A stretch of 63,836 nucleotides of DNA, filler included, from Octopus bimaculoides (GCF_001194135.2; 4 parts of 4 records of this genome joined end to end with filler, not necessarily neighbours in it), one strand, 5' to 3'. Counted from the whole stretch's first letter, positions 24,183 through 37,392 are shown. Program-made: numbers and translations. The notes: generated from the sequence alone by a model not told the origin.

Positions 24183-24211
24183 TGGTCAAAGTTATGTATC
24201 TGATTTACGTA

Positions 24212-24412
24212 AATGTTAGCACGCCGGACCAAATGCTTAGTGGCATTTCATCCGCCTTGACATTCTGAGTTCAAATTCCGCCGAGGTCAACTTTGTTTTT
24301 CATCTTTTCAGGGTCGATAAGATTACTATGAGATGATTACTGGGGTCAATGTAATCGACCCAGCCCTTGTCCCGAAATTACTGGCCTTGTGCCAAAATTT
24401 GAAACCAATATT
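24212..24412 (+). mobile_element. SINE family B
   Basis: GTTAGCACGCCGG...GAGTTCAAATTCCGCCGAGGTCAAC...GGCCTTGTGCCAAAATTTGAAACC. Confidence 0.85.
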
Positions 24413-24539
24413 ATTATTTTTGAGGCGTTGTTTTTAGTGAAAAGAAATGTAGTTCGTTCTATGTTTACATATAGGTACAGTAGAGCATTACGATCGTGGC
24501 ATCTGGTATTTGGATTCGCGTAGGTGGATGAGAGGCAAC

Positions 24540-24581
24540 ACACAGACAGACAGAGGGACAGACAGAGAGAAAGACAGAGAG

Positions 24582-24650
<69 letters not shown>

Positions 24651-24671
24651 TTGATAGATAGATAGACAGAC

Positions 24672-24723
<52 letters not shown>

Positions 24724-24734
24724 ACAACCCGATT

Positions 24735-24776
<42 letters not shown>

Positions 24777-24810
24777 GAAAGAGAGAGAGAATGAGAAAGA
24801 GAGAGAGAAA
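24540..24810. repeat. (GACA)n(GATA)n(GA)n microsatellite
   Basis: Direct reading. Confidence 0.95.
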
Positions 24811-25338
24811 AACAATGTCTGTGAGAGTGTGTGTGTACGTTCACACCTATATGGAGTTGTTTTTTTTTCCCCTTATTTTCATTCGCCACCACCACACGTG
24901 AGTGTGACATACATTTTGGGAAACGACATTCACATCCCAATATTAAATGTAGTCTAATTTATAATTCCGAGACAAATATGTGTGTGCATAATTAAGCATA
25001 TATACACGTATGCGTACGTATAGGCGTACACACATATACATACATACATACTTACATACATACATGCATACATACATACATATATACATATATGCACGCA
25101 TACATACATACATACATACATACATACATACATACATTGACACATACATACGCATATACTTACACACACAAACACACACACATATATATATACATACTTT
25201 CTAGTTGACAGTTGTATAAAGAAATGAATATAGATATATACATATATACTTATAAGGCACCAAAAGAGAATGACTCTCCCCAGACACAACAGTATATACA
25301 TATATATATCTACGTATATATATGTATATATATACACA

Positions 25339-25386
<48 letters not shown>

Positions 25387-25673
25387 NNNNNNNNNNNNNN
25401 NNNNNNNNNNNNNNNNNNNNNNNNNNNNNNNNNNNNNNNNNNNNNNNNNNNNNNNNNNNNNNNNNNNNNNNNNNNNNNNNNNNNNNNNNNNNNNNNNNNN
25501 NNNNNNNNNNNNNNNNNNNNNNNNNNNNNNNNNNNNNNNNNNNNNNNNNNNNNNNNNNNNNNNNNNNNNNNNNNNNNNNNNNNNNNNNNNNNNNNNNNNN
25601 NNNNNNNNNNNNNNNNNNNNNNNNNNNNNNNNNNNNNNNNNNNNNNNNNNNNNNNNNNNNNNNNNNNNNNNNN

Positions 25674-25738
<65 letters not shown>

Positions 25739-26124
25739 GCAAACACATATTTACAAATAGACAGTTGTACAAACAAAGAACAGAATGCTCCATATGTCAT
25801 GTAGAGTTCCAATTAACGCCTGCCATCGTGATTACTCAACGTTTCCTACAGACACAAACACATGCGTCATTTTCCAGACGTTAGCAAAAAACTGTTATGC
25901 AGAATTTGGTGTTGCGTAGTTACAAAACTCTGAGTATTGACTGTATAAGTCAGCCGTTGTTTATCCAACAAGATATCTAAAAGGCTTTTCTTTCTATCAC
26001 TAATATACGTTTATATATGGTATATTCGTCTGTGTGTGTGTTTTTTTGCGTGAGTTCGTGTGTATATATCTTTTTCGTTTTAATCGTAGATATTATTCTA
26101 TGTATGTATGCATGTGTATATATG

Positions 26125-27297
26125 TAGTGGTTGTCTACTCCTTATGCAGAGTCTAGCCATCTCTAGTACCTACATCTTAGTTCCATCATGGCCTCTGATG
26201 TGGCGTTTTTAAACCAGACAATGTATTGAAAAGACGTCCACATAGATTGCATATCCTATTTGGACCACCAAGAGCTGCAGTTAAGTTCTGATCTCTGAGG
26301 ATGTTAAAATGTCTTTTGAGGCCTCAGTAAGATTTACAGACCTTATGGCATACACAGCATTGAGAGGTCTGCAAAAACATATAGGCAGAATAGTTGGTAG
26401 AGGTACGTTTTTCATGGGTCCTCAAATGAGATTTGAGCCCAGCAAAAGAGAGGCATGGTCTTACACAAAAGTACACAAAAAGGTCACTGAGATTCACCTT
26501 CTCGAACGAAACATTCTTCTTTAAATCTCTCTTGAGTCTTGCGTGTGTTAACCAGGCCTTCTCAAACGCTTTCACTCCACTCCACACTTTAGTTCGCCAT
26601 CCAGCTTGATCCAGAGAAAGGGTTTCTATTGCCTTTGGATCCATTTCAAGTGACTTCATGGTAGCCTTTATGCCGTCCTTAAACCTCAGATTGCGCTTCT
26701 CCTCTACAACCTTGCCATAAAACAGCTGTTTGGGTGTGTGTTCATCCACCATTCGAAAAATATGGCCAGACCATCTCATTTAGTGCCTACAGACGCAAAA
26801 TATCTTTGCGTCTGTAGCAAAACATCTACATTTAATGTTTAAAATGCGGTGAAGGCATTTTTGGAGGAATGGCTCTAACAATTTGAAATGTCTTTCATAA
26901 CACGTCCATGTTGCAGAAGAATATAACAAGGATGGTAAGGCAAACGATTTGTAAAGAACCAATTTTGTATTCTTATTTCTATGTCGTTGGCGCCAAGCGC
27001 GTGACTCCCAGCAAACCAAATGCTTGTACAGCCCTTTGAATTCGTAGATGTATTTCTGTGTCCAGATTTCCACCATTTTGTACGGAGCTTCCAAGGTAAA
27101 TGAAAGAGTCAACGACCTCAAGTAACTTAACCTTAACGAAAATTTTAGTGGGATTGCAAACAGCACCACGTGTAGGTCGAAACATAAGAAATGTTTTTTT
27201 CAGGTTGATGGTCCAGCCAAAATCATCACAAGCTGTATCAAACGCAGATACAAGAGACTGCAAGGCCGTTTCAGAGTGACTGACGGGATGGCAAACG
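26125..27297 (-). mobile_element. 5'-truncated RTE-clade LINE (RT thumb + C-terminus with three C2H2 zinc fingers), decayed
   Basis: Minus strand: HSETALQSLVSAFDTACDDFGWTINLKKT...EVVDSFIYLGS...TKLVLYKSFALPSLLYSSATWT...RWSGHIFRM..TPKQLFYG..LRFKD..WR. Then fingers (Y)FCVRPCLSFAGLKSHLRTH, CCVCHKVCKSY*GLKRHFNI(L) and CNLCGRLFNTLSGLK/RHIRGH. A (CATA)-like tail follows near 26100. Confidence 0.9.
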
Positions 27298-27942
27298 TCA
27301 ACGTATAAGAGTTACGTAATGAGTGAAGCAAAAACCTTTGCTTTGAATTTCAGTCTGGTCAGAGGGGAGGGTCAGTGTGGTAGGTGAGGGGAGGGTCGAA
27401 GTGCCACTAAGAACAACAACGATAATGATAACAACAATATAAAGGGTAGAGGCCATGTATACACACAGGTGCACACATGCGAAACACATGGAACCGCGTA
27501 CGCACCCTACACACACAGAGACACATGCACATACAGAGATACAGACACAAACGAATGCACATATGGGGATACACATCAGAGAAGAACGGAATGAATTAAG
27601 CAAATCAAAGGACGAAAAGTTCACAGATGTGTGATGAAAGATTTCCAGACAATGGACACAAATTAAAACAAGAATAGTAATAAACGAGTGAAGAACGAAT
27701 ATATATATATATAGTGCGTGTGTGTATTTGGCAAAAAAAAAAGGGGTGGGGGACTATCCTGAAATATAAAAATATATGTTTCAACACAGGGTTTCACATC
27801 AGGAATCTTGCAACACAAATTCATATATATATATATATATATNNNNNNNNNNNNNNNNNNNNNNNNNNNNNNNNNNNNNNNNNNNNTTAATTAATTAANN
27901 NNNNNNNNNNNNNNNNNNNNNNNNNNNNNNNNNNNNNNNNNN

Positions 27943-27973
<31 letters not shown>

Positions 27974-28764
27974 ATGACCCTGTCACATTCTACTGTTATA
28001 CAGCTATTCATTTTGGGAAAAATGTTCCTTCTTTTTCATTTGTATTTTATTTAAGCATTTGTCTTCAGTAAGAAGACAAAAATATTTTACTACTTCACCT
28101 TTATGTTATTATCTCATCTGTGCTGTTATCTCTTCTATTTTCTTGACTTTTCTCTCTATCTCACTTTCTCTCTTTCTGTTTTTCTCCCTGTCTCTCTCTC
28201 TTTGTTTCCTTATCTCCTCACCCCACCCCACCCACACACACACACATATCCACACTCAGGTTTCTTTATGTTTTTTTAAACTTATCACTTCATCACAGTT
28301 TATTTTCAAACTTTATACATTTTAAGTCCTTGAAAGTAGCCTTTCAATCATCCAGCCAGCAGTGTTTTGTTACTTTTGCCATTGTCATCCGTGTGGTGGC
28401 TGCTGCTGTTTTCTGTTTTTGCTTTGTTTTCATGTCCTGTGCTCTTATCATCGGCTGTTCCATTATTTCTGCTCATCTGCCTTGAACATTATCCATCAAC
28501 TCTAGAATATATTTATCTGTTAAATGAATTGTTTAGTGAATGGATATTTGTGTTAGCAGCAGTGGTGGTGGTAATGTTTGTGGTGTCGGATGTAAGGGTT
28601 TGGAAGTATAAGCAAACCTGCTTGAAGCTTCAAGGGACACACAGTGGATTGAGACTCAAGAGGACACTTTTAGTTGTTTTTCTGTATTTTCTCTTCCTTC
28701 TTTTTGTCATTTGTAATTTTTTTTTATGCTGTAAGATATAATTCACATCAAGATATGGACACCA

Positions 28765-28771
28765 ACTTTCT

Positions 28772-28840
<69 letters not shown>

Positions 28841-28885
28841 CCTTCTCTTCTCTCACCCCTCTCCTCTCTCCCCCTCTCTCTCTCA
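28765..28885. repeat. (CT)n microsatellite
   Basis: Direct reading. Confidence 0.9.
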
Positions 28886-28953
28886 ACCTAGGTGGCTAGT
28901 TAGCCGAAGGTAGTTTCTAGTTTGTCTTTTTTTATGCATATGTGGGTTTGCAT

Positions 28954-28989
<36 letters not shown>

Positions 28990-29880
28990 CCATTGCATTG
29001 TATTGGTTTTAATTACAATGTCAATTTGCAGGCTTCTGGACTGTGTAACTATAGAAGGTAGCAAGTGGATGGAGGAAGGTATTTTGTGTCTGTTTTTCCT
29101 TCAAATGTTATTACTACAGATAATGACAGCGACAGCAAAGATGATGGCAATGTTACTGTTGATGCTGCTGCACTGCTCTGAGTGTCTTTTACCACTTCTG
29201 CTTTCTCATTTCAATATGCCTGCATATTAGTGAGACATGCATGGGACAAAAAGTGGTGGGAAGTGAATTTCCATTTGCTCATGTTCATGTGTGTGTGTGT
29301 GTATACATTATATATGCGATTGTCTGTGAATATGTCTGTGGTGATGGTGGGAGGGGGGGAAGTGGCAGCAGGCAGTGGTGCTGGAACAAATACTGTCCTT
29401 TTCTTTCTGGATTCTGCCCCTCCTATCATATCTTCACCCTCCTCTGGTTTATTTAACCTTCTGCTGCTTTGTTTATTGTTTAGCTCACTTCTTCTTTGCC
29501 CAACAGCGACACCAGATACTTATCAAACACATGCGGAAATTCCCAGAATCTGGAGTCATGTTTCAGTACACTAACACCCCACACCCCCATCTACATCCCA
29601 CGCACCCAGCCCTTTTTACACTGGGGAGGGGTTCCGATTTGTTGTTGTAATAGAAATTTTTAAGTTGTCCAGTAAGACTTAATTAACATACTGTACAATT
29701 GTTGGTGTTACTGATCAGATGGATGGATGGATGGGTGGACACATTGCCAGCCCTTTCTTTAAAGGAGTAATGTAAAAAGAAATAAAATAATAAATCAATT
29801 GAAAATAGTTTTCCATTCATTGTGTTTATCATTATCAACAATCACCATCATTATTTTACCCATTGTTATTTAGACCAAGT

Positions 29881-30183
29881 CATTTCTAATTGAGCTGACT
29901 TAATCCGACCATAACCTTCCCTTCTGTTTTAGAGGTTAGTGGTTCTACATTATCTAGTGTATGTAATTTTTTTTATTTAAAAACTGTGAAATGTGATTTG
30001 AGGTAGATTTGGCTGCTATTATCAAACCTTAGTCATCTCTAATTGAGAGCTGAATTAATCATCCATGACCTTCCCTTCTGTTTTAGAGGTTAATAGGACT
30101 ACACTATCTAGTATGTATCATTTCCTGATTTAAAACAATAAAGTGCCATTTGAGGGAGATTTGGCTGCTATTTCCAGCAGGCC
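29881..30183 (-). repeat. Two tandem ~152-bp copies of dispersed family D segment
   Basis: ACCTTCCCTTCTGTTTTAGAGGTTA and GATTTGGCTGCTATT each occur twice. The reverse complement GGCCTGCTGGAAATAGCAGCCAAATCTCCCTCAAA matches the 20805-21360 units. Confidence 0.8.
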
Positions 30184-30432
30184 AAATTACCATAGTGACC
30201 CCTTATTACTATTGTTGGTTATTATGTTCTTATATGTGATAGCAACGGTGATGTGTTTTTTAATATGTTAACCACAACATGTACCACTTGTGGTTCATCA
30301 GAAACTTCACACAATTGTTATATGCCCCACTGGTGGTACGTTTTCATAATTTGAGAAAATATTCTACTCTGTATTTTTGACATGGTTTTCAGGATATCTA
30401 AATAACACGAGTGTTAAATATTAAAATTTAAT

Positions 30433-33400
30433 TTGGAGTTCTGTGATGCAAATGATCTTATGGTTTGCTATACCAACTTCAGGAAACCCGCCAGTCACCT
30501 AGTCACCTACCGTTCCGGCAGACACACTAGCCAAATTGACTACATCCTCTCCAGAAAAAGGGAAAGAGGACTGCTTATAAATGCCAAAACCTTCCCAGGC
30601 GAAGAATATACCCCTCAACACAGATTAGTAGTTAGCGACTTCGGGATCAGGGCTAAATGGATGCCCAGAAGTTGACCAGCTTGGAGGAGAAGGGTCTGGA
30701 AGCTTAAAGATCTCGCAAATGGACAGAGATTTAGAGATGTGTTACTCGAAGCCTTCGACGAAATAGAGGGGGATATAGCATCACATAATGTGGAAGACAA
30801 CTGGAGGTTTCTACGGGACAACCTGCTGAGAGCCACTGACCAGATCTGTGGATGGTGCAAAGTCCCCTCTCAACCCAAAGTAACATGGTGGTGGAACAAT
30901 GTGGTTGACAGGGCTATTAGACAAAAGAAACAGGCTTGGAAGGACTGGAAGAATGGAGGTAGCAGAGAATTGTATCAGACTGCCAGAGGGGAAGCAGATA
31001 AGAAAGAATCTGCCAATGTTCTGCACCGTGAGGACCAAATACTTGAAGTATTTTGTGTTGCAAGACAGTGTGTGAGAGAGAATTGTGATGTCGTAGGAGA
31101 GAAATGTGTCCGCATGGATGATAACTCACTTGCACTAAATGAGGCTGCAAAGAGAGAGGTTTGGAGATGCCACTATGAAAGGTTGCTTAATAAAGAGAAT
31201 GAATGGGAGAGAGTGAATCTGCTGAATGTCGAACCAACAGAGGGACCAGCTATCCTAATTGACAGTACCTTGGTAGATAAAGCAATCAAGAGTATGAAGA
31301 CAGAGAAAGCCCCCAGCCCATCAGGAATCACTTCAGGGATACTTAAAATATCTGGCAGTGTCGGTTATAGCCTAGTCACCTGTATAGTTAACCAGGTAAT
31401 ACACGAAGGAGTCATACCCAATGACTGGTGTAGCAACACCATAGTCAACTGCTACAAAGGTAAAGGTGACGCTTTAGACACAAACAATTACAGAGGTATC
31501 AAGTTGTTGGACCAGGTAATGAAGGTCACGGAGAGGGTCATAGCCCAACTAATTAGGGAGAGAGTCAGCTTAGTTGAGATGCAGTTTGGATTCGTGCCAG
31601 GGAAAAAAAACACTTATGCTATATTTCTGGTAAGACAGCTGCAGGAGAAATACCTAGCCAGAGATAAACCTCTGTACCTGGCTTTCGTAGACATGGAGAA
31701 AGCCTTTGACAGGGTCCCCCGATCCCTTATCTGGTGGTCAATGAGGAAACTAGGAATAGATGAATGGTTAGTGAGAGCTGTGTGAACCATGTACAGGGAC
31801 GCTGTCAGTAAGGTGAGGGTTGGTAACGAGTACAGTGAAGAATTCCGGGTAGAGGTAGGGGCCCACCAATGTTCAGTCCTCAGCTCCATCCTATTCATGA
31901 TAGTCCTCCAGGCAATAACACAGGAATTCAAGACATGTTACCCCTGGGTGCTCCTCTATGCTGATGACCTTGTTGTAATTGCTGAGTCACTATCAGAACT
32001 AGTGGATAAGTTTCAGGTGTAGAAGCAAGGATTAGAATCGAAGGGCCTTAGAGTCAACCTAGCTAAAACCAAAGTTCTAATAAGTAGAAAGGTAGACAAA
32101 CCACAAACCCCTTCAGGTAGATGGCCCTGCTCGATCTGTAGAAAAGGTGTAGGTAGAAGCTCTATAAGATGTACCCAGTGTAAGCTATGGACACATAAGA
32201 CGTGCAGCAATATCAAAGGAAGGCTAACTAGCAAGATAGTTTTTGTATGTGGCAGATGCTCAGGAGCAATAAACACTGAAAATGTGCAGAGAACAACTTC
32301 TGCCACATTCCAGGGAGAAAAACTAGAAGTAGTTGATAGCTTCCGTTACCTNNNNNNNNNNNNNNNNNNNNNNNNNNNNNNNNNNNNNNNNNNNNNNNNN
32401 NNNNNNNNNNNNNNNNNNNNNNNNNNNNNNNNNNNNNNNNNNNNNNNNNNNNNNNNNNNNNNNNNNNNNNNNNNNNNNNNNNNNNNNNNNNNNNNNNNNN
32501 NNNNNNNNNNNNNNNNNNNNNNNNNNNNNNNNNNNNNNNNNNNNNNNNNNNNNNNNNNNNNNNNNNNNNNNNNNNNNNNNNNNNNNNNNNNNNNNNNNNN
32601 NNNNNNNNNNNNNNNNNNNNNNNACGAACAGCCATGCTACATGGCAGTGAAACATAGGCCGTGACTGCTGAGGACATGCATAAGCTCACAAGGAATGAAG
32701 CCAGTATGCTCCAATGGATGTGTAATGTCAGTGTGCATACTTGACAGAGTATAAGTACCTTGAGAGAAAAGTTGAACCTAAGAAGCATCAGTTGTGGTGT
32801 GCAAGAGAGACGATTGCGCTGGTATGGTCATTTGGTGAGAACGGATGAGGATAGCTGCGTGAAAAAGTGCCACAGCCTAGCAGTTGAGGGTACCTGTGGA
32901 AGGGCTAGACCCAGGAAGACCGAGGCAATGACTAGTGACCAAGACCTTTCAAAATATGCTGTGTGTGAGAAGACCCAGCAAGACATGTAAGACCATAACC
33001 CATGGCCTTTACCAGGGGTGTAGCCAGCCCACTTATGCGTACCTTTCCTTCTTTGGACACAAAACTCTGCTTGCGAAGACCTGTTGAGGCAAGTGAAATC
33101 GAAATTGAACCAAATTCGATGACTTGCACCTGTGCCAACCTTCCTTCATTGCACACTAAACTCAGCTTGTGAAGACCTGTTGGGGCAAGTGAGATCGAAA
33201 CTGAACCAAATTTGATGACTGGCACTCGTGCCAGTGGAGCGCTTATAGCACCATCCAAACGGGATCACTGCCAGAGCAGCAGTCTCACTCCCGTGCCGGT
33301 GGCACGTAAAAAGCACCATTTGAGCGTGATCGTTTCCAGCTTCACCTTACTGGCACTTGTGCCAGTGGCATGTGAACAAAACGTTGGACTGACTCCTGTG

Positions 33401-33547
33401 CAGGTGGCACGTAAAAAGCACCATTGAGAGAAACTCTGCCAAATCAGATTGGAGTCTGGTGTAGCCATCTAGTTTGCCAGTCCCCAGTCATATCGTCCAA
33501 CCCATGCTAGCATGGAAAGTAGACGTTAAATGATGATGACGATGATG
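30433..33547 (+). mobile_element. RTE-clade LINE, 5'-truncated: APE end, RT, PHD-like insertion, 3' UTR and (GAT)n tail
   Basis: SQIDYIL (APE end); NYRGIKLL, QFGFVPG, AFVDMEKAFDRVP, LYADDL; CSIC..CTQC..HKTC..CGRC; RRLRWYGH. Ends CCCATGCTAGCATGGAAAGTAGACGTTAAATGATGATG. In-frame stops at 31783 and ~32020 and a gap at 32352-32623. Confidence 0.95.
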
Positions 33548-33689
33548 AAATGCAAAAAATTACATTTCCTTGTAATCAAACAGTATGGCTGGAAATATGT
33601 GATGTCACCAGTAAGTTCTAGTAACAGGCAGCCGTGGTAGTTAACATATTAATGATATCAAACATTATAGCACAAGATCCTAAATTTGA

Positions 33690-33845
33690 GAGAATGAGAT
33701 CATAATAGATTAAATCAGCTCTAAATACTAGTATATAATTAATCAACTCTGGAAAGAGAAAAAACAAGGTCAGTTATGGCTGGATTTGAACTTAGAGCAT
33801 GAAGAGATGTAATATTTTGTTTGACACTTTACTGATCCTGCCATT
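33690..33845 (-). mobile_element. SINE family B, old copy
   Basis: AAGGTCAGTTATGGCTGGATTTGAACTTAGAGC...GATCCTGCCA resembles the reverse complement of the family-B head. Confidence 0.55.
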
Positions 33846-33871
33846 TTAATGTGTTCTTTGCAATGGTTGGT

Positions 33872-34203
33872 TTTATCTTTTATCTTTTACATGTTTCAGT
33901 CATTGGACTGCAGTCATGCTGGGGCACTTCTTTGAAAGGATATAGTCAAACAAATTGACCCCAGTACTCATTTTTTAAGTTTTGTACTTTTTCTATCAGT
34001 CTCTGTTGCAAACCTGCTAAGTTATGGAGATGTAAATAAACCAACATCATTTGCTGAGCAGTGGGAAGGGGACAAATACAAAGACACACCTACACATATA
34101 CAACAGACTTCCATGTAGTAGAAGACACCTGCCCAAAGTGCTGTGCTGTTGAACTGAATCTGAAACCATATTGTTGTAAAGCAAGCTTCTTAACCACATA
34201 GCC
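33872..34203 (-). mobile_element. SINE family A, old full-length copy
   Basis: TCTTTTACATGTTTCAGTCATT...GTAGAAGACACCTGCCC...GCAAGCTTCTTAACCACATAGCC. Confidence 0.75.
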
Positions 34204-35368
34204 ATTATATTTTATATTTAGTACGGGCACAATCACAGCTGTGTAGTTAGAAGCTTGCTTCAGCACAATGTAGTTCCAGATATTCACTCTCACTACTTGA
34301 TTACCTTGAGCTGGTATCTTTTAGCATAACCTTCAATTCAACAATACCTTGTGAGTAGAAGCATATCATGTGTGAGTGTGCATGCATGTATGTTTGTATG
34401 TTATATTTTATGTTCATACGCAATAGCAAAATATAGCATATTTTGCTACAGTGTATGAACATAAAATATTAACATCAAGGAGAAAAACGAAAACAATTGC
34501 TTGAGATATTTGTTCTACATTGAGTTACAGATGCCTGCTGGTCATTCCTACTGTTAGAAAATTAGCCAAGGTGTCACACAATGGGATCAAGCCAGGAAGC
34601 TCGTAGTTGAAGAACAAACTTTTTAACCACAATGTCATGTCAACATTCATATATAAATAACCAGTGCATTAAATCCTTCCTATGTTTTCTGAGTTTTTCA
34701 CAGCAGATATTTATGACAGATAACAACTACTGTATCATGGGATTAATTTATGTTAAATCTCGTAATATTTTCCTTTTGTGGTCTTGTGGCAAGTAATGAG
34801 AGTTAGCTATTACAATTAGTTAGAAAGACACTCAGAAAATTTTATGATGGCATTCAGAGTTCCATACGTTCTACTAATTCTTCTAATCCCACCCCACTTA
34901 ATAAAGTATCTAGCAATAAGATACTGAATTAGATTTAATCAAACTAACTCATCTTCTTCATTTATTTTTATTGTAGTTGCTAATATTGTTTTATTATCAT
35001 GTTTTTGTAATATTGAGCTTTACTCTAATAAAAATACTAAAACTATAGATATATTTATTATAGTTGATCTTATTTATTCCAACTAATATTTGCTATGCTG
35101 CTATATGAAGATCTGTCAGATATTTCTGGTAAAGGAAATAATGAGATGTTTGTGTTTGAGAACAGAAAAGAATAGAATAGAGTAACAGCAATTCACTAGT
35201 TTATTTTGACACTTTGTTAATCTTCATCCTGCCTGGAGCATCCTTATTGCTTTGTGCATCCTTATGTCAATGTTAAGAATCGGTTGGCAGCTGCTGCTGT
35301 TTAGATAAGTTGAACATTTCATTTGATATTCAATTTGTCTCTATCTCATTCAATTTGTCTCTATCTCA

Positions 35369-35424
<56 letters not shown>

Positions 35425-36337
35425 TACGCACACAGCATGATAAACAACAAAAGTTAAAGATAATACCAGAGGCAAAGCTATGCATGCTTTACAAAAGCTC
35501 TGAATGAATTTTAAATAACAAGGGAATATGAGCTTGCTACTGATTGAGTTGCGTGTGAAAGAGTTAAAGAGTTGGATTTTAAAATCTCCTTTGGTTCAAC
35601 AGAAAATTGTGATTAAATTTTGGGATTAATCTCATAATGGTAATCAGTCTGTGTATGTGTTTGTGCGTGCGTACTTGTCACATCACAACATTTTCAGAAT
35701 TATTAAGTTTGTCTCTCTCTTCATCTGTTATTGTGCAACTTAAATCATTCACTTGCAGCATTTTCTAACTAATAACAATGTGCATAGTGGGTTGACATGT
35801 TAGTAGAGTATTTAGGTTTAGAAGATCTGAAAGGTCTGTCCTAGAACTAAGTACATAGTTTGAATAATAAAGTTTCAGAAGTCTTCATCTGTGTCTGGAA
35901 TCTATAACATTGATCTTAAATCTCTGTCTGATTCTGTAAGACTGTTGTGTATGTGCAGTTTATATATATATATATGAGTAGTTCTCAGTCTTATCATTAA
36001 TGGTGTGAAACTGAGTATTACCGTTTTGGTTGATAACTGATGAAGAATTAGAGACCCTCTGTGTCTGTCTCCCATCCAGTTATACACTCAGTATACATAT
36101 ATGTTTATCATCTGCCGTTTATTTACAATGCATTTTTTCATTTATTAAGTAACGGTATGCAATGCACACCCGACTTTTATTAACAGTACGTTTATGTATA
36201 AACTCAACTGTTCAGATCTTGAAAGCTACCTAACCATCATGTAACGGATGTTGCCATCAAGGGAGAATTTGAAAGAGGTATCACTGATAAGTCACAGCTT
36301 CCTGTTTATCAATCAATTTCTATGTGTATGCATATAT

Positions 36338-36530
36338 CATCATCATTATCATTTAATGTCCACTTTTCTATGCTTGCATGGGTTAGGCAGAGTTAATCTG
36401 AGGCAGATTTTCCATGGCCAGATGCCCTTTCTGTTGCTAATCCTCACACATTTCCAAGTGAAGTAATACTTTTCCATGGCCAGGCGTGTTCTTGCAGAAT
36501 ATTTGAAATGAATGGCATTGCTTTTCATTT
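36338..36530 (-). mobile_element. Non-autonomous element with RTE-like 3' tail
   Basis: Minus strand ends CCCATGCAAGCATAGAAAAGTGGACATTAAATGATAATGATG and contains AAGGGCATCTGGCCATGGAAAATCTGCC, as in the RTE 3' UTR; the upstream part is non-coding. Confidence 0.6.
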
Positions 36531-36609
36531 ATGACTATCATGCAATGTCAGAACAAGGAGACAGAAACAAACGCGCGCACGCACACACACACACACACAC
36601 ACACACATT

Positions 36610-36752
36610 ACAGCCTTCTTTCAGTTTCCATCTACCAAATCCACTTGCAAAGCTTTGGTTGGTCTGGAGCTATTGTAGAAGGCACTTGCCCAAGGTGTCA
36701 TGCAGTGAGACTGAACCCAGGGCCATGAGGTTAGGAAGCAAACTTCTTACCT
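36610..36752 (-). mobile_element. SINE family A head
   Basis: CAGTTTCCATCTACCAAATCC...GCACTTGCCCAAGGTGTC...GACTGAACCC...AGCAAACTTCTTAC. Confidence 0.8.
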
Positions 36753-37392
36753 CTGGTAGGAAAATGTTATGAGAAAACTTCAATAGATAACTAATTTAAT
36801 AAGCTTCCTATAGGAATATGCCAACTTTGTCTCTTTGAACAAGAAAACCAAGACAGTCGCTCATAGTAAGAAGAAAAAATACACTCATCACAATACACTC
36901 TTTAATCATGACTTGAGTGTTCCAAATATTGGGCCTTATGCCTTATTCACAAGAGTGAGTAATTTTTCTACTGCAACTATAATGGCCTCTGCTTCTTGGA
37001 GCTTGATGGGTTTATACCACCTCCACCCAGGCATTCCGCATCAACCCATCTCTTCTTTTCTCATCACTATTATGTTAACCCCACCCCTATTTCCAGGAAC
37101 TGCAGTAATCACTATAGCTATACCCAATCCTTCCTTTCCAAAACATTGGCACTCTAGAATTCCCTCCTTGCTCATGTCTTTGTCACAGATGTTGATTTGT
37201 AATGGCTCCTGGTGAAATTAGATGACATCCCCTTCAATCTGGAATAACAAAAGTTGGCAGGTCAGCTTGTTAGATGTATAGTAATGAACACTAAAATTAC
37301 AATAATCTAGGACAGTTATAACTGCCTCTCCTAAAAAAAAAAGTCTCAAAACTTCTGAAATGCACTTTGTCCATATATACACACACACACAG

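Noticed and set aside
26979-27263. ORF listed on the + strand (MQSLVSAFDTAC...)
   Set aside because: The peptide is encoded on the minus strand (TTG CAG TCT from 27263 downward). It is part of the minus-strand RTE, not an antisense gene; the strand label is wrong.
27887-27898. TTAATTAATTAA island inside an N-gap (also 58584-58595 and 62681-62692)
   Set aside because: An identical 12-mer with stops in all six frames, centred in gaps: a scaffolding linker, not biology.
28330-29560. Low-complexity stretches resembling LINE ORF1 spacer regions
   Set aside because: No diagnostic motif could be read; left unannotated.
30270-30310. Minus-strand CTGATGA followed by a 7-bp stem
   Set aside because: GAAA is replaced by TAAC and there is no stem III or NUH site; at best a dead relic.
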